A stretch of 64,000 nt of DNA from contig NC_134028.1 of NCBI RefSeq assembly GCF_964204645.1, positions 6,386,001-6,450,000 of the forward strand, given 5' to 3'. The translations under genes and the position numbers were made by a program. The stretch's first letter is position 1; every line of letters starts with the position of its first letter. The notes beneath the pieces are model-generated. The model did not search any database, was not told the DNA's origin, and was given only the letters and a program-made list of their open reading frames with translations. The DNA comes from Tubulanus polymorphus (Eukaryota > Animalia > Nemertea). Below, in pieces: positions 21,957 to 35,056 of this stretch.

Positions 21957-22355
21957 GGCTAAAAATATTGATCCCTTGTCTCTCCTAATCGGGCGGGTCA
22001 TTTTTTTATCGTATATCGTGATGAAATTCGTAATCAGTTCATTCCTATGGGGTCATTCATTTATTTCGTACGCATAGAATTTGAATTTTTTAACCCCCCT
22101 CCCCCTCTGTACGCAAAATCGGCCATTTTTTCATATACATTAAGCATTACATTACATTGCATTACATTGCAATTGCACTGACCCCTCCCACCTCCCCCTA
22201 ATGCGTAAATGAATGACCCCCTATAGCTGCTGGGTCTGTTATGGTTAGGTTGGCCATGATTTTGAAAAAGTCATGTACAGGGTAGATATAGGCGGCCGGG
22301 TCAACTTTTAAGCTCAGCTGAAATCGGTGAGAAACAAGGTATCAATTCTTTTGCC
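21957..22355. mobile_element. Nested MITEs just downstream of the GPCR stop
   Basis: Outer imperfect TIR AAAATATTGATCCCTTGTCTCTC / GAGAAACAAGGTATCAATTCTTTT. Inner TIR GGGGTCATTCATTTA (22049-22063) / TAAATGAATGACCCC (22206-22220). Confidence 0.65.
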
Positions 22356-22385
22356 TTAGTTGAGGTATTAGAAGGTGCAGACTTT

Positions 22386-23447
22386 TCATTGTTTCCAATA
22401 CAGAAGTTTTAAGAACTCTGCTTGCATTTCACTCCCGGTCAAGTAGATGAACAAATTTGTAGCGTGTATTAAAGCAGTGAACACATCTTGCATATTAAAC
22501 AGTACACCCCAGCCAATATCTGACAGTTCTAAAGTACGTATAAAATTCAACAGACACACGATAACACTTGGAGTCATACCAACAACGAAAGACAACGCGA
22601 TTAGGATTAGTACTTGGGTAGTTTTATTCACTTTTTCATTTCTGTTTAGTTTTTCTCCGAATTTGCCGCTTGAAAATCGTAATTTAAGAATCATCGCTGC
22701 GTTGATAAGTGAAACAAGTGAAGTCGTAACAAAGACGTTGTAAGTACGTAATTTAACGGTTTCGATAACGCCATAATAGGTGTTCCAACAAACGCCTCTG
22801 TAAGAGAAATATGGCGCTGCCGGATTCGAACTGATATCCTTGTAAATGGGGATTATGGGCCAGTACAAACAGAACATGGCCGGAAACAAAAAAGTCAAAC
22901 AACTTGCTATGATGGCATTTTTATGGTTGCAGATTCGCTTTGAAATAAAAGGGAAGAAAACCACAACAAACCGTTCTAACGACAAAGTAACCATAATCCA
23001 CATACTAACGAAATATATCACATGAACGATATAATCCGATATAACACAGCCCAGGTATGATGCCGAAAAAGGTGTTCTGATGCGATGTCCAGTTAGCAAA
23101 TATATGAACACACTGATCCAAGCAACTACACAGATTCCTAAATAACAATTATCCATTATTGCGATGAAAATAATATACACTGAATACGAATGACGTCGCA
23201 TAACTTTTCGACACATGATCAGAATAACAGTCGAATTACCGAGAAATCCGACGACGATAATGATGAAATAGCCGACAAGAAAGAGAATCGCGCCGTATGC
23301 AGTTTTCAGTTGTTCGCTGCCAGACATAAAATCGATCATTATCCCCGGAACGCCTCGAATTGAGGAACGGAGATATATTTTCTCTTCTTCCTGGGCGCAG
23401 GTGGCAGAAGAACTACCGGTACTGTTTTCACACATTTTCAATTTCAC
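22386..23447 (-). CDS. Intronless orphan class A GPCR (FMRFamide/sex-peptide-receptor-like expanded family)
   Basis: 353-aa ORF with seven hydrophobic segments: GFLGN (TM1), IAIMD (TM2), SLERFVVVFFPF (DRY-equivalent ERF), MTP (TM6), HATNLFIY (TM7); N-terminal NST sequon. Confidence 0.9.
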   Translation of the reverse strand: MKLKMCENSTGSSSATCAQEEEKIYLRSSIRGVPGIMIDFMSGSEQLKTAYGAILFLVGYFIIIVVGFLGNSTVILIMCRKVMRRHSYSVYIIFIAIMDNCYLGICVVAWISVFIYLLTGHRIRTPFSASYLGCVISDYIVHVIYFVSMWIMVTLSLERFVVVFFPFISKRICNHKNAIIASCLTFLFPAMFCLYWPIIPIYKDISSNPAAPYFSYRGVCWNTYYGVIETVKLRTYNVFVTTSLVSLINAAMILKLRFSSGKFGEKLNRNEKVNKTTQVLILIALSFVVGMTPSVIVCLLNFIRTLELSDIGWGVLFNMQDVFTALIHATNLFIYLTGSEMQAEFLKLLYWKQ

Positions 23448-24129
23448 AATACCGCGCGCTCAACGATTGATGATGAGACAGTGTTACTCAAATCGGTTTC
23501 TAATGACGGTGACAGTCATTAGAAACCAATTCGAGAGAGATTCAGCTCATTTTCTGGGCAATATGAACAATTTTACTGGTATTCACTACAAGTAATTTAC
23601 TATTGATCCAGGTTCTCGCTCCGGGCAGATTTGCATTTTAAAACGGATATATATTGACACAAGAATTATGACTATGGATCTTGACTGTGTACGACGTTGA
23701 AAGTTACGTACTTAAGATTGTCTACTTTGAAAATAAGACAAGTTAAAAACCAACGTTCCTTAAAATGCAAAAATTCGCTTGAAACGAATCCTGTTCTCAT
23801 GGCGTTTTCATTAGAACTGATAATTTTTTTGTCCCCCAAAGCTGGAAAATGATTCCGAGTTTTTTGCACTTACTAATATTTTGTTTGCTTGTCACAACCG
23901 AGTCGTTGCGTCATGCGTGCATAATCATAGTGGAAGTTTTTGTAAAAAAGGATGAGGGTCCCCGAAACGAACAATATGAACTCTAAAAAGTGCGCTTTTT
24001 CTAAGGTAGTCGAAATCGGATCATGTGTTACGCCCTGCATGTAGTTTAAGGAAAAGGATAAATCAACGTTTGACCTGCGTGAGATTAAAATTGAAGCTCC
24101 AAGATGGTGTAATAGTTGAGTTAAGTGTG

Positions 24130-24608
24130 CGGTTTCTCATTTTTCCAAGCGATCAGTGTTAACAACTCGGCTTGCATTTCAGTCACTTGGTTAAATAGAT
24201 CTTGGAGTAATTACTCCAAGAATAGATGATCAGATTTGTAGCGTGTTAAAGCATTGAGCACGTCTTGCGTATTAAACAGTACACCCAGCCAATATCTGAC
24301 AATTCGTATAAAATTCAACAGAGACACGATAACACTTGGAGTCATACCAACATCGAAACGCAAAGCGATGAGGATTAACACTTGGGTAGTTTTGTTCACT
24401 TTTTCGTTTCTGTTTTGTTTTTCTCCGAGTGGAATATGAAATAGCCGACAAGAAAGAGAATCGCGCCGTATGTAGTTTTAAGTTGTTCGCTGCGCCAGAC
24501 ATAAAATCATTATCATTATCCCCGGAAAGCCTCGGATCGTAGAACGGAGATAATTTTCTTGTCATCCCGGGTGCAGATGACTGATGAATTACCTGTGCAC
24601 ATTTTCAA
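24130..24608 (-). pseudogene. Degraded, internally deleted paralog of the 22386-23447 GPCR
   Basis: 24130-24430 aligns to the TM6-TM7/C-terminal part (NKTTQVLILIAL..VGMTPSVIV.LLNFIR) and 24437-24608 to the N-terminal part (DFMSG..LKTAYGAILFLVGYF). About 600 bp of the middle is missing and there are several frameshifts. Confidence 0.88.
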
Positions 24609-25861
24609 CGCTGTGGATAGCTAGTTTTCACTAATCAGAGGGAACTACCCTTTTTCAAATTTGTTTTTAATGACCGGTTGACAGGTTGAAACCACTACCG
24701 CTCATTTTCCCGGCAAACTAGAGAAAATTTTGCCAGTACTGACGAAGTTATTGCTCAAACTGACAAACTATTGCTACGTGCAAAACATGCTAAGGGCCCA
24801 TTAGGCGTACAATATCAAAACGATCCTACTGGTTTCTTTAAGCTCGGAGATTCATTTAACAAATGATTACTCCGAGCCCTAAGGAAATAACGGGTACGGA
24901 TGTGCAGAATTTTAAAGCGACTGAATCGAATTGACTAAACGACTATATTGCCAAAGGAATAACGAATATACATTCAGACAGCTTTAATTCAGAAATATTT
25001 CAATCTCGTGAATCTGATATTTGCAAATTACAGATCCTCATTTTCTTTTCAGTTTTTGTGAGCTCCTTCAAAATTCTTAGGGGAAGCGCTATTTTGGACG
25101 TGTAACAAAAATTTTATCCTTGAACTAACTCGGTCAGTCCTTTTGGTCCCAAGGAGTTAATGTCAGATTCCTGCCCTGTGGTATGAATGATCTATCAGTT
25201 AGTTGTGTCCAAAACGAAAATACAAATAAATGTTGAAGTAAAACACAATCACTGATTTAACGTTATCTTTATTGATATAAATACGTTTTGTACAAATATT
25301 ATCTTCATTCTCTTTAAATATAAATATATTCATTACTATATTTCCTTCGAACAAACAGCGATTTAATCATGCAAAATAGAACTATTTGTCATCATGTCAC
25401 AATTATATTTTCTCATCTTTATTGTATATAAACAAAGCACCACTCAAAATACTGATTTAAAACATACAAAACAACCATCATTAAATATATATATATATAT
25501 ATTTCTTTTTATAAATACATGTATTATTGATAAATACACAGCTAGGTTTAGTAGAACTCTTAAAATGTATTGAAGTACTTAAGGCTAAAAAATGGTACCT
25601 TGTTTCTCATAATCAGCCGGATCATTTTGTAAACTGCAATAAAATTCATAATAAGTTCAACTGCCGCATCTGTTATTGTTAGCTTGATCACGATTTTAAA
25701 ACAAGTTATGTACAGGGTAGATAGGCGGTTGGCTGTGTCGACAAGGTGTGTCAATATTTTTAGCCCGATTATAAAAAATCTGATGTGCAGGATTAATAAG
25801 TGCAAATCGTTTTGCAGAAACTCTGTCCAGTAAAATATAAACTTAAGTTCTCTGTTTTTAT

Positions 25862-28800
25862 TTATACAGCAACTTGTTCATTAGTTTCAACGTTATTGAG
25901 ACATTTCAGAGCGCTGTAGACGACGTCGGGAAGGTGATCGAAAATCATTTCCGGACCGACGAGAATTTCGTTGAACGATTCCGCAGGTTTCCAACTACTA
26001 GTGAAATCACCGGATAATTCCCTGCAATAAATGTAAACCAAATCATCGAATGAAGCCAATTTCAGATTGAAAAAAAGTATCGACGTGATAGGGAATTCAA
26101 TAATGCTAATTTTCTGTCAAAGAATAAAACTAGGAATGGATAAAAGCTAGATTTCGAATGCTCTAAATACTCATAGGTAGTTCGATACAATCTAGGCAAT
26201 TTTCATGTATATTTTTCAAATTCTGAATTAAATTGATAATCAAGTACGTTATATTCCATAAAAGAATCTGGATGAAGTAGGCAGAAATGATATTCAACAA
26301 ACTGAACTATACAAGTTTCAAGGTTAAGCATGAAATTACCTGTCAGTTTTGCAAATGTGAAGAACTCTTCCAGGAGGGAATAAAGGCGGTCCGTCAAGTC
26401 CTAAAGAAACTTCAGTCAATCGGTTATCATCCTGAAGAATGGATAAATGTACATATAGCATATGTTCATGATTATACTAATTCTAATAGTAGAAAACACT
26501 GAAATAGGCAACTAATTTGCTCATACTCAGGTCTTCAGATTTCAAGTCTCTTCAACTAATTTATACAGTATAACACTGGTGATCAATTTCATAGAATTAT
26601 GAAGATTGGTACAAACAATAGGACTTGAAATCTTAACAGAAAATGAAATTCTTTTAGTTCTATATCTCTTGTATCAAATGTCTAGTGGAACGATTGTGGG
26701 AAAATGATGATTATTATGAAAATAGGAACTTGGTTGTTGAGATTATGAAATTTGAAAATAAATAACAGGGTGGCCGCTTTCCACCTATTTACAACTCCCC
26801 TGATTTTTCCATGCGACCACACAAAATTCACTGAGTGAATCAGAGAAATTTCTAGATTTAAGATGTAACAAATGAAACATTTTTTCATTGAATCACGTAT
26901 TGATAAAGAAACAGTAGCATTATTTCCAGTTTCCAGGTTTTTGGTAAAATACGTCGAATTCCCTGATTTTTCTAGATTTACCAGATTCCCCGAATTTAAC
27001 AGGGTTTTCCAGGTCAGTGGCAACCCGAATAAGTTAATGATCTTACAGTATTTGCAGTATCAGCAACTGTTCTCTCATCTCCGTATTTCGCGGCGTGTTT
27101 GTTTCTCAGCAATGGAGAATCCGACGCGGTCGGCAGGGGTTCATCCGATTGGTTATTGCAGCACGAACCGAACACGCATGACCACATGGCTTTCGCCAGA
27201 ATACGATATTTCGGCGTTTTTGATCGGTCCAACTGGTTGAGCAGTCGTTCTTTTAGATTGTCGACAGTCTTCAAACCGAGACGCGGAATCAAATCCCGGC
27301 CCAGTACGACTGAACATATGAAATCTTGGCAGTATTTGGAGACAGGCAAACTGAAATATAGAATAAGAAATGTTGCAATATCAAATAGTAATAGGCCTAC
27401 CACAGAGTAAGAGTTGTTTTAACTGTGTGAGAGTGGTGTACGAGGGTGGCATGAAAATCTTATTTATCTTAAGATTATCGGTTTCTACATGTGTCCCTCC
27501 ATCTTGAACTTTTGTATTTGTATTACTATTGTACAATAATTATAATTCAAAATAGTAAATCAGATTATTATTATGGTTAACCAAAAACTTCTGATTCCCG
27601 GGGCAAGCTCACAAAGGCAGCTTTACATTGTGAAACTGGTGCGCGCGAACATTTCAAAATTTACTGGTTATCTTCATGTTTTTTTGTTGTTGTTGGTGTT
27701 ACATGAACATGTAGTTTATCTAAAATTTTTATAATTACCTCATTAGTCCACCAGGAGGTGAAAATGAGTAACAAATAAGTTCTGGAAATCTCGGTTTTAT
27801 AAGTATGGCAAGTAAAGCGGCAGTACCAGCTCCTAGACTGTGTCCCGTTATCACCAAACGATATTCCTGACAAAATATAAACACTTATCGGTATTAGTTT
27901 ATAGTAATAGAAAGCAGGTTCAATAACTACAGTACTGGGATATTTTTAAAAATTTTACATTGTGGGCTCAGTAAATACAGAGGTTGAATTTCAATGAACT
28001 TGACTGATCTACTGTAGCTGATAGCACAGCAAGCCAATCGCACAGCTAAAAGGACTAGATAACAATTTTGTTGATATTGATGACTCAATAATTTGCTGAT
28101 ACATGTAATGACTTTGCAAAATGATAGTCCAAACAGGTGATATCATAATTGCCCAAGACGGATTGTCATTATAAAACGTACATCTACCACAAAAATATTT
28201 GATGTACTTACAGGATATGACTGCTTCAACTTCACCAAAATTTGTTCCCTTTGCAATGTTTCGTGAACATATTTGGCAGCTTGTAAAATGCCTTTATGCG
28301 CGATGCTATCTTGTTCTTTGAATCCATCCAAGTACAGGCACTCGCCCTCAGCAGTCATATCTGTCAGGGCATCCTGGTTCAAAGAAGATTTAGAAAATGT
28401 GTAATAAATTCTAATATTTTAATGATTGATATTGATAACATAATGTCTTGATCTTGATGGTTATCTTTTGATTGGATAATACAATGCAAATCGACAAAAC
28501 CACTTATTCGAAGAACTGAGTCACAATTTCTCTTACATACCTTCAATGACAAAGTTCCTCTAATTGATATAACTATTGATTTAGTTTGGTGATCAAGAAT
28601 AACACAGAACGGTGTTTCATACAACTACAAAAAGAAGCATCTCTTTCATCACATTTTCAAGTAATCTACTTAGTGACTAACAAAGATTAACCCCATAAGC
28701 TTTACCAAAGCAGCCCATCTCAAGTTATAGGCTTAAAGGTTCTGGTGTCTGAGGGATACCAGATCGTTGATGATTCAGAGAGCAGGAATGGATTTTGTGC

Positions 28801-31800
28801 GGAATCGTACATTAAAAGATGATCTGAGTAGTTGACCAGATTCCATTTCTCCCAGGGAAAATGAATGATACACACTAGTGGCAAACACAAAACGATTTTG
28901 AACACATTAACTGTCTATAAAAACTCGTGCAATCTTAACATCTGTCTAATCGTTATTTGTATTGTGCTGATTCATCTGGAATGAATGTACATGTACCTGA
29001 TTTTGAAAATTTGCGTAAATGATATCTTCCGATTTGGCACCGGTGAACTTTTTAATGGCAGCCACGTTACATGTGCAGCAATTATCGGCGAGTACATGCG
29101 TATGATGTTGACCTTGAGTGCAGCAACACGTGCAGCATCTGAAACAATGACAACCATGTTACACTGGCAGGTGTTCGTCAAAATATACTGGTAGGCCTTT
29201 CTCAAAAACCACTTGGGTGTACAGATCTGTCACCCGGCATTCCTTCAAAACATCTTAGAAAAGATATATCTGTTTTGATTTTCGATGATTCGCAAAAAGT
29301 TAGTCTTCTTTCTCCAATCATTAGAATTAAATTTATCGGAATTCTGATTCCTTTTTTATTTTTCCACAGTCCTTCCAAGAAACTATAAAAATTTTCATAT
29401 TTCAAATTTTTCCCTAAGCCCTAACAATTTTTTTTTCGTGGAAAAATCTGTATTCCTAGTTATCAAAAAATGTCTAATAGTAAACACAAGAATAATTCTA
29501 CCTGATATCTGACCACAGTTTACATAAACCAGTTCCCAGATTCATGAACATAAAAAGCGGCCAACCATACGGGCACATTGCGTATTTCATGTAGTATTCC
29601 AACTGTTTCGATTTCATCCATTCCGGCAAAGTTGCATCGTTTTCAGTTTCCAGCTCCCTGGTATTGGTTAGGCTTTCTTGCTCCTGTTGCAATAACACGA
29701 GGCCTGCGGCAATATCAGTAGCAACTAAATCAACATCCTTAAAAAACAAATATCTTAAACATGAACCATCATCAACAAGAACAGTATGTTTTGAGAATGA
29801 TCCTGACTGACAATCAGGGCTATCTTACTACGTATTTCAGGAAGACAGTAAAGCAACCCTTTCAGAACTGTAAATTAATAACTGTAAGTCTACACCAAGG
29901 TGCAGTGTATTGTTAGTAAATAATATTTTACTGTTTACCAAGTGCTGCCATCTTTCATTAGAGATAAAAATTTATTACTAATTACATGAAAAATACATAA
30001 AGAGGATTTATGTATTTTTGATTACATCAATAGACTAGCGTATTCCATCATCGATTTATACTCCGCACAGCGGTATAGACAAACTGAAAGGGTACAGTTG
30101 GGTGTTATGGCGACATTGAATAATTCTGAGGGAATGTTCCTAAAAATCAGAGGAGGCTGACAAGGAGGCTAACAGCTCTTGTCAGGGGACAGTAACAATA
30201 CTTAAGGTAATGCAGAAGTAAACTAGGGGTCCAGGGACACCATGCCCACTTGGGAAGTGGTTTCAAATGCTCAACAATCTAACAATTTCAACATTCAACC
30301 CCCCCTGGTGACCATTTACAAAAACCAATGACCTTGAAGCTCACCACAATCATAGAACCTGTCAGCAGCTAAGATTTTGTAATTGATTGTGATAACAAAA
30401 TATGCCTCGTTACCAATTTAATATGGAAATACTAAGTCATTCTACTATTCAACGCCCCCTGGTGACCATATTCAAAACCCAATGACCTCGAAACTCACCA
30501 CAATCATAGAACATGTCATGAACTACAACTTTGCAATTGATCATGGTAACAAAATATGCCTAGGTACCAATATAATAAGGAAATACTAAGTTATTCTACT
30601 ATTCAACGCCCCCTGGTGACCATATAGAAAAACTTATGTCCTTAAAACTCGCAACAATCATAGATGATGTCATGAGCTACAACTTTCCAATTGATTGTGG
30701 TTACAAAATATGCATAGGTACGAATATAATAAAGAAATACTAAGATATTGTATTATTCAACGCCCCCTGGTGGCCATATACGAAATCCAATTACCTTGAA
30801 ACTCACCACAATCATAGAACACGTTATGAGCTACAACTTTCTAATTGATTGTGGTAGCAAAATATGCTTAGGTATCAATATAATGTGGAAAAACTTTTTC
30901 CCACTTACGAATGAGTACTGGTGACACCAAGATGGCCGCCAATTGCGTCATAATTGGCTGATGAAAAATACCTGTCTCAGGTATAAAACATCCCTTTCCA
31001 AAAAATACCCATCACAAATTGCAATGAGAAATGATAAACCAGTAGGAAGCTACAGGACTCGAATTTGGGCCAAAATTAGCATTTTTGGGCACTAAAAAGG
31101 TCATAGGACGGCCATCTTGAGTCCGATCGACCCAATTTTTGTTATGTTGATGGGCCCTGGGGGGATTCACATATATCCGAAAGATCAAGATCAAAGCGTC
31201 TTCAAAATTTCCCTCAAAAAGTTCAAAAATGTGTAAAAAGTGCTGATTTTGGCGAACAACAATGGCTGCCAGTCGGCCATCTTGATTCTGACAGGGGCAG
31301 TTTTTGGGCTGAAGATGTGTCTAGGGTAGATACATGTATAACCCAAATATCAAGACGTTACCTTGAAGCGTCTTCAAAACTTCCCAAAATAACTGGATTC
31401 CGTCTACGGACGGACGGACGCTACGACGGACGGACGACGGACGAAAAGTGAACGCAATAGCCCGCTGGGACTAAAGTCCCAAGTGGGCTAAAAAGAATAA
31501 AAGTACAGTAAAGTAAAGTTAAAGTACCCCTGTTAATATTGACTGGAATGAATGAATCATTTCAGTCAACATCTAGAATTATATACCTGAAAGAATTCTG
31601 CTAAAATTTCCGAAATATCATCGAAGGCTTCCTGTTGGAACGGATCTTTACCGACGCAGCAGCAGATAATTCGACACCTCCGTTTCCAGACGCTTTGATG
31701 ATCGTCGATCACCAATCGACTCTCCGATCTCGGCCCGCGGCGGGTTCCGAGCGGGTCGAAAACGACGGCGATACCGACGAGCACGGCGACACCGGCGACG

Positions 31801-33039
31801 AAACCGAATATCGACGTGCCGCGTATGAGATTCACGAAATACAAACTACAATTTCCCGGGTCGCCGAAGGCGAAATACGCGCCGAATATATTCCAACCGA
31901 ATTCGGGAACGTACGCCACCAATTTCAAATAGATCAACTTCGTTAGATGTCTCCGCCGATCGAGTTCCATGATTCCGCCGCGGGCGCTCACGAAAATCAC
32001 ACTTATCGTGATCGCGCAGTTCAAGATCACCAGGACGATCATTCCGATATAGTATATACGCAGGTACAGCTCTCTGTTGCAGTGGTCATGGAAACTGGAT
32101 TGATGTACAGCGTAAACAACGCACACTACTACGACCCTGTGAAATGAAAAAAACATATTTCTGTTTTTCAAGTTTGGAACTTTTTCTTGTATTGGATATT
32201 TCTGGCCAGTTGACAGAGTTCTCCACAACTGGTTTTAGAGGGGTGGCCATCCCTTCATTTTTACATTCACCCCTCTGAAAATCAGCTACCCCTTAAGAAA
32301 TATTTGCTGCCCCTACCAGACCGGATGTTAATATTCTAACAATGCTGTGTAACTGCTTTGAAATATGATGAGCTAGTGTGAAAAATAGAAGATTACACCA
32401 AAATGCAACTTAAATTTTCTGTATTTTTTGGAGGATCGAAAGCCTTGCTACTTCAGCAGCCAAAATGTCATACACTTAACAATGAGAACACTGCTTGGGG
32501 CATAGTAATATATGTAAATAAAGTGTGGTATTGAAGTATTCTCTAGGCTTACAAATGTATGATTCATGAAAATATCCAATCCCTTGAAGTTAAACAATAT
32601 CTAAAATATAAAAAATTCACAGAAGCGGATATTTGGTCGATGCAGCATTATTTTAGTAAACGCTATGGGGATTGGGGTATAGAGGGTTAGAGTTAGTTTT
32701 AGGGTCCATTTTACAGCTAGGGATCAGGGTTAAGGCTAGTTTGGGTGCTATATATAGACCTAGTTAAAAACATTCAGTGGCATTCCATGAACCTCGGTGG
32801 TCTAGAGGAAAGACACTGCGTCAGCAAAATACTACCTGTCAAAATTCAAATTCCGTCAGACTCTCAGCAGATAGTAAATCATCTTACAATTCACGATACG
32901 ATTCCTACATTACTATGAATTATTAGATTGGTATCGCTGCTTACCATAAAACCCGAATGATTAACTCGGCAAAACCAGGAAAAACAAAGTCATCGCTACC
33001 GATTCGCCATCTACGTTTGAAAGCTATCAAGCCCGGCAT
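25862..33039 (-). CDS. DAGLB: sn1-specific diacylglycerol lipase beta
   Basis: Exons 32945-33039, 31587-32136, 29502-29737, 28997-29138, 28541-28624, 28212-28373, 27739-27866, 27047-27350, 26340-26431, 25862-26021. Motifs [70 protein letters not shown] (lipase Ser), [21 protein letters not shown]. The short C-terminus indicates beta rather than alpha. Confidence 0.94.
30221..31493 (+). mobile_element. Non-autonomous Helentron/HINE (pearl/DINE-1-like) element with internal tandem repeats
   Basis: Four ~154-bp tandem units (AAC(G/C)CCCCCTGGTG at 30297, 30451, 30605, 30759), then an (ACGG)n/(GACG)n microsatellite at 31406-31443 and a terminal hairpin TAGCCCGCTGGGAC..GTCCCAAGTGGGCTA (31459-31490) before an A-run. 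The left boundary is approximate. Confidence 0.75.
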
Positions 33040-33991
33040 CCTAAAAAAAAACATAGAACGGCTCTATATAACTTGAAAAAAAACAGCCTACTACCACTAC
33101 GTTTGATTGGCCTCAAACAAAAGAGCAGGCTAATACAAACGTGATAAATCTAAACACAAAACCGTAAACCAAAAACGTAGGACTGGAACCACGGCGGGCA
33201 CACCTCCAAGTCCAATTAGTTACCTCATCGTTGGTGGTAAGCTTTTTATAATTGGATGGGCTTATACCAAAATGTGGTTTAATGTGGTTTGTGAAAATAA
33301 ACAAGACAAGGTTACTGGACTGACTAGGGCACCTTGTCCTTGCTTCTCACTCTTTTTTTTAATCATTTGCCAAAAAGGCCTATATTTTATCGCTGTAAAC
33401 GAATATTCCTTGCTGTTTTCAGACAGTACAGAACAGTACAGATACAAGGTACAGAATTTCACACTAACCTTTATGTTTTATTCAAGTATCAAACGAAAAA
33501 CAGAAAAACTGCAGTGCAAAAAAATAGGCCTATATTCTACATGGGGTATTCCCCAATGGTTGGGAAATCCAGGAATCCCTATAAACACTAATATATGGAC
33601 GTGGACTTGGACGTGGACCTGTCTCTTAAGTATATTAACTGCGAGACACCACAAAAATATTGTCCGGCGCAGGCAACGTAATTTTGTAGAGCCCTTCTCG
33701 GCTAAAAGTTTTCGTATCGATGAACTCTATTGGCAATAGAACCCGTTGACCAGGAAGCTGGCAAATGACCGACGATTGCTATTGATACTCTGGGCGTCTT
33801 ACAGACCTACTTTTTTTCTGACCGACGAAAGGATGCACGATGAAAAAAACCGCGGTGGAATCATTCAGAGAGTAATCTTGGACTAGATTTAGTGACCGAG
33901 GAAAAACTTCGCCGAGTCCGTCACGAAGAAGAGTTAAATTTCAAAAGACCGACAATTCAGATTCTAAAAGATAAATCTTAATTCTAAAATT

Positions 33992-35056
33992 CTAAATTTT
34001 TCGGCTTGTGGTTGTTGGGCTTTTGTCTAGTTTTAGTGACAAATGGCTGAGCACCGAGGAAAACAATTCTGACAAATGCAAGCGAAAATAAGATAATCTA
34101 ATGACGTAAATGGGAAAATTAGTTGCATTATTAACGAAAGAAATATAACCACAAAGACGATAAAGATCGAGAAGTTGGGACATGTCTTGAACGTTAACTA
34201 AATTTGGATTTCTTACGACGTAGTAACCATAGATTAAACCCGAAGTCATCGGCAAATTGCAAATAACGAAAATCGCAGCAACGATCATCAGCGTGATGCT
34301 GATACTTTTCTCGTGTCGTCTGCCGGATGTCCCCGATGTACGGCCGTCTGACGTCCAACGCGCGCGGAATAATGCCAAACACATCAAACCGCTTATAACC
34401 AACAGAAGAAGAGACGGCAAAACATAGTAAACGATGATCATTGATACAAATCTGACGGCGTACAAAACATCTTCGTCAATCGAACGGTTTTCCGTGCAGA
34501 CGTATTTCTGTCCGAACGTATTAAATTCCGGTGCCACTTCGAAAAAGAATATCTGCCTGATTTCGAGCAATGCGAGTATCAAACCGGCGGACGACAGTAA
34601 AACTACCCGCATTTTCCGCGTTACACGCAACGTTTCCATCGGGAATTTGATTGCACGTAAGCGTTCGGTGTTCATCGATATCGTGATAAACGCAGACATG
34701 CCCAAACACCAATACAGAACGTAATACAACACCTTACAACTGAAATTACTTATCGCAAAAATGTCAGTGCCGTATCTACCGTCGGTTAGCGACAAAAGAC
34801 CGTAATCAACCCATGAAAAAATACCGGCAATTAACGTATATATTCCGTCCGTTATAGCCAGACAAAACATATATACAACCCCCGGTTTGTTCCATTTGTT
34901 GTGTTTGACGAAGATGAAAACTGTGAAAACGTTGCCGAACGTTCCGAGTAGAAGAATCGGCAAATACACGTAACTTTCGAAAAATGATCGTGTCGCGCGA
35001 ACATAGTCTAAACCAGAAAACAGATTCTGACGCCGCACATTACTGGACGAATTCAT
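33992..35056 (-). CDS. Intronless orphan class A GPCR, copy 1
   Basis: 354-aa 7TM ORF: GTFGN, LAITD, CK (TM3 Cys), MNTERLRAIKFP, YYVLP, CNLP, NNATNFPIY; N-terminal NSS sequon. Confidence 0.9.
   Translation of the reverse strand: MNSSSNVRRQNLFSGLDYVRATRSFFESYVYLPILLLGTFGNVFTVFIFVKHNKWNKPGVVYMFCLAITDGIYTLIAGIFSWVDYGLLSLTDGRYGTDIFAISNFSCKVLYYVLYWCLGMSAFITISMNTERLRAIKFPMETLRVTRKMRVVLLSSAGLILALLEIRQIFFFEVAPEFNTFGQKYVCTENRSIDEDVLYAVRFVSMIIVYYVLPSLLLLVISGLMCLALFRARWTSDGRTSGTSGRRHEKSISITLMIVAAIFVICNLPMTSGLIYGYYVVRNPNLVNVQDMSQLLDLYRLCGYISFVNNATNFPIYVIRLSYFRLHLSELFSSVLSHLSLKLDKSPTTTSRKI

Noticed and set aside
29202-29253. Apparent DAGLB exon ending in a premature stop ([16 protein letters not shown])
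   Set aside because: The downstream acceptor at 29139-29140 gives the expected Cys-rich exon (CCTCC..DNCCTCN) in frame, so DAGLB is not disrupted.
32660-32750. Interstitial telomeric repeat
   Set aside because: Only scattered, degenerate GGGTTA-like words with no real array.
33272-33739. 155-aa ORF with WTWTWTWT
   Set aside because: Low-complexity TGGACG hexamer repeat in the AT-rich DAGLB upstream region, with no protein-like features.
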